Origin: an uncultured Candidatus Rokubacteria bacterium
Lineage (GTDB): Bacteria; Methylomirabilota; Methylomirabilia; Rokubacteriales; CSP1-6
Direction: 5' to 3'
DNA: 64,000 nucleotides
Assembly: GCA_963789955.1 (NCBI GenBank)
Contig: CAWBMV010000001.1
Location: 608,001-672,000 of the forward strand
Shown: positions 63,188 through 64,000 of the stretch, one piece after another
Layout of the letters: every line of letters begins with the position of its first letter
Numbering within the stretch: position 1 is the first letter of the stretch
Program-made: the position numbers and the translations under genes
The notes under the pieces: model-generated
Database searches by the model: none
What the model saw: only the letters and a program-made list of their open reading frames with translations
Told to the model about the DNA's origin: nothing

Positions 63188-64000
63188 TTGGCGAAGCTGA
63201 CCATCGCGCAGCTGGATCTGGCCGGCCGGCGTGTCTTCGTCCGCGCCGACCTGAACGCGCCGCTCGACCACGGCACGGTGACGGACGATACGCGGCTGCG
63301 CGCGGTCGTTCCGACGATCCAGCACGCGCTCAAGGCCGGCGCGTCCGTCGTGCTCGCGTCCCATCTGGGCCGGCCCAAGGGGAAGGTCGCGTCGGAGTTC
63401 TCGCTGCGCCCCATCGCCCAGCGCCTCGAATCCCTGCTCGGCCAGCACGTGGAGCTCGCGCCGGACTGCGTCGGCGCCGCGACGCTCGAGCAAGCGCGCG
63501 CGCTGGCGCCGGGGCAGGTGCTCCTGCTCGAGAATCTGCGCTTCCATCCCGAGGAAGAGGCCAACGACGACGGCTTCGCTCGCGCGCTGGCCGAGCTGGC
63601 CGAATGCTACGTGGACGACGCGTTCGCAGCTGCGCACCGCGCCCATGCGTCGATCGCGGCGATCACCAAGCACCTGCAGCCGGCCGCCGCCGGGCTCTTG
63701 ATGCAGCAGGAGCTGACGGCGCTCGGACGAATCCTCGAGTCGCCGCAGCCGCCGCTCGTCGCGATCCTCGGCGGCGCCAAGGTCTCGGACAAGATCACCC
63801 TGGTCGAGCACCTGCTCGCGAAGGTCGACGCGCTGCTCATCGGCGGCGGCATGGCCTTCACCTTCCTGCGCGCGCTCGGCCACGCGGTGGGGCGCTCGCT
63901 CGTCGAGCCCGATCAGATCGAGACGGCGCGGCGCACGCTCGACGCCGCGCGGCGCCGCGGCGTGGCGCTGGTGCTGCCGGTCGACGCGGTCGTCGCCGAT
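63188..64000 (+). CDS. pgk: phosphoglycerate kinase (runs off window end)
   Basis: TTG start directly after the gap stop; VFVRADLN.P, SHLGRPKG, LLENLRF..EEE.ND, DAF..AHRAHAS, LGGAKVSDKI, IGGGMAFTFL. Confidence 0.96.
   Translation, partial: MAKLTIAQLDLAGRRVFVRADLNAPLDHGTVTDDTRLRAVVPTIQHALKAGASVVLASHLGRPKGKVASEFSLRPIAQRLESLLGQHVELAPDCVGAATLEQARALAPGQVLLLENLRFHPEEEANDDGFARALAELAECYVDDAFAAAHRAHASIAAITKHLQPAAAGLLMQQELTALGRILESPQPPLVAILGGAKVSDKITLVEHLLAKVDALLIGGGMAFTFLRALGHAVGRSLVEPDQIETARRTLDAARRRGVALVLPVDAVVAD

Overview
Very GC-rich bacterial chromosomal segment. Gene content and style resemble Candidatus Rokubacteria/Methylomirabilota, which is an inference and not verified. The right half is largely housekeeping: tRNA-Ala and tRNA-Leu, iorAB, an 11-subunit complex I-like nuo operon lacking nuoEFG and carrying a tandem NIPSNAP gene between nuoC and nuoD, a TetR + ECF sigma pair, rplU-rpmA-obgE-proB-proA-nadD-rsfS, dksA-like, lapB-like, comF, gap and pgk. 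The left half is accessory metabolism, signalling and envelope genes. About 30 single-base frameshifts, including in essential genes, point to long-read indel errors rather than pseudogenes. The ORF track misses several things. (1) Two in-frame UGA codons sit exactly at catalytic Cys positions and are each followed by a SECIS-like hairpin: a peroxiredoxin (13305-13778) and an AhpD/CMD protein with CxxU (23900-24727), i.e. candidate selenoproteins. (2) There are three long palindromic MITE-like elements, one inserted in frame inside iorB. (3) At least seven genes look leaderless (-10 box 6-8 nt before the start codon, no Shine-Dalgarno), including a bidirectional promoter. (4) There are two unannotated micro-proteins: a Cys-rich zinc finger and a Lys-rich basic peptide. 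No CRISPR array, rRNA, transposase or integrase was seen.
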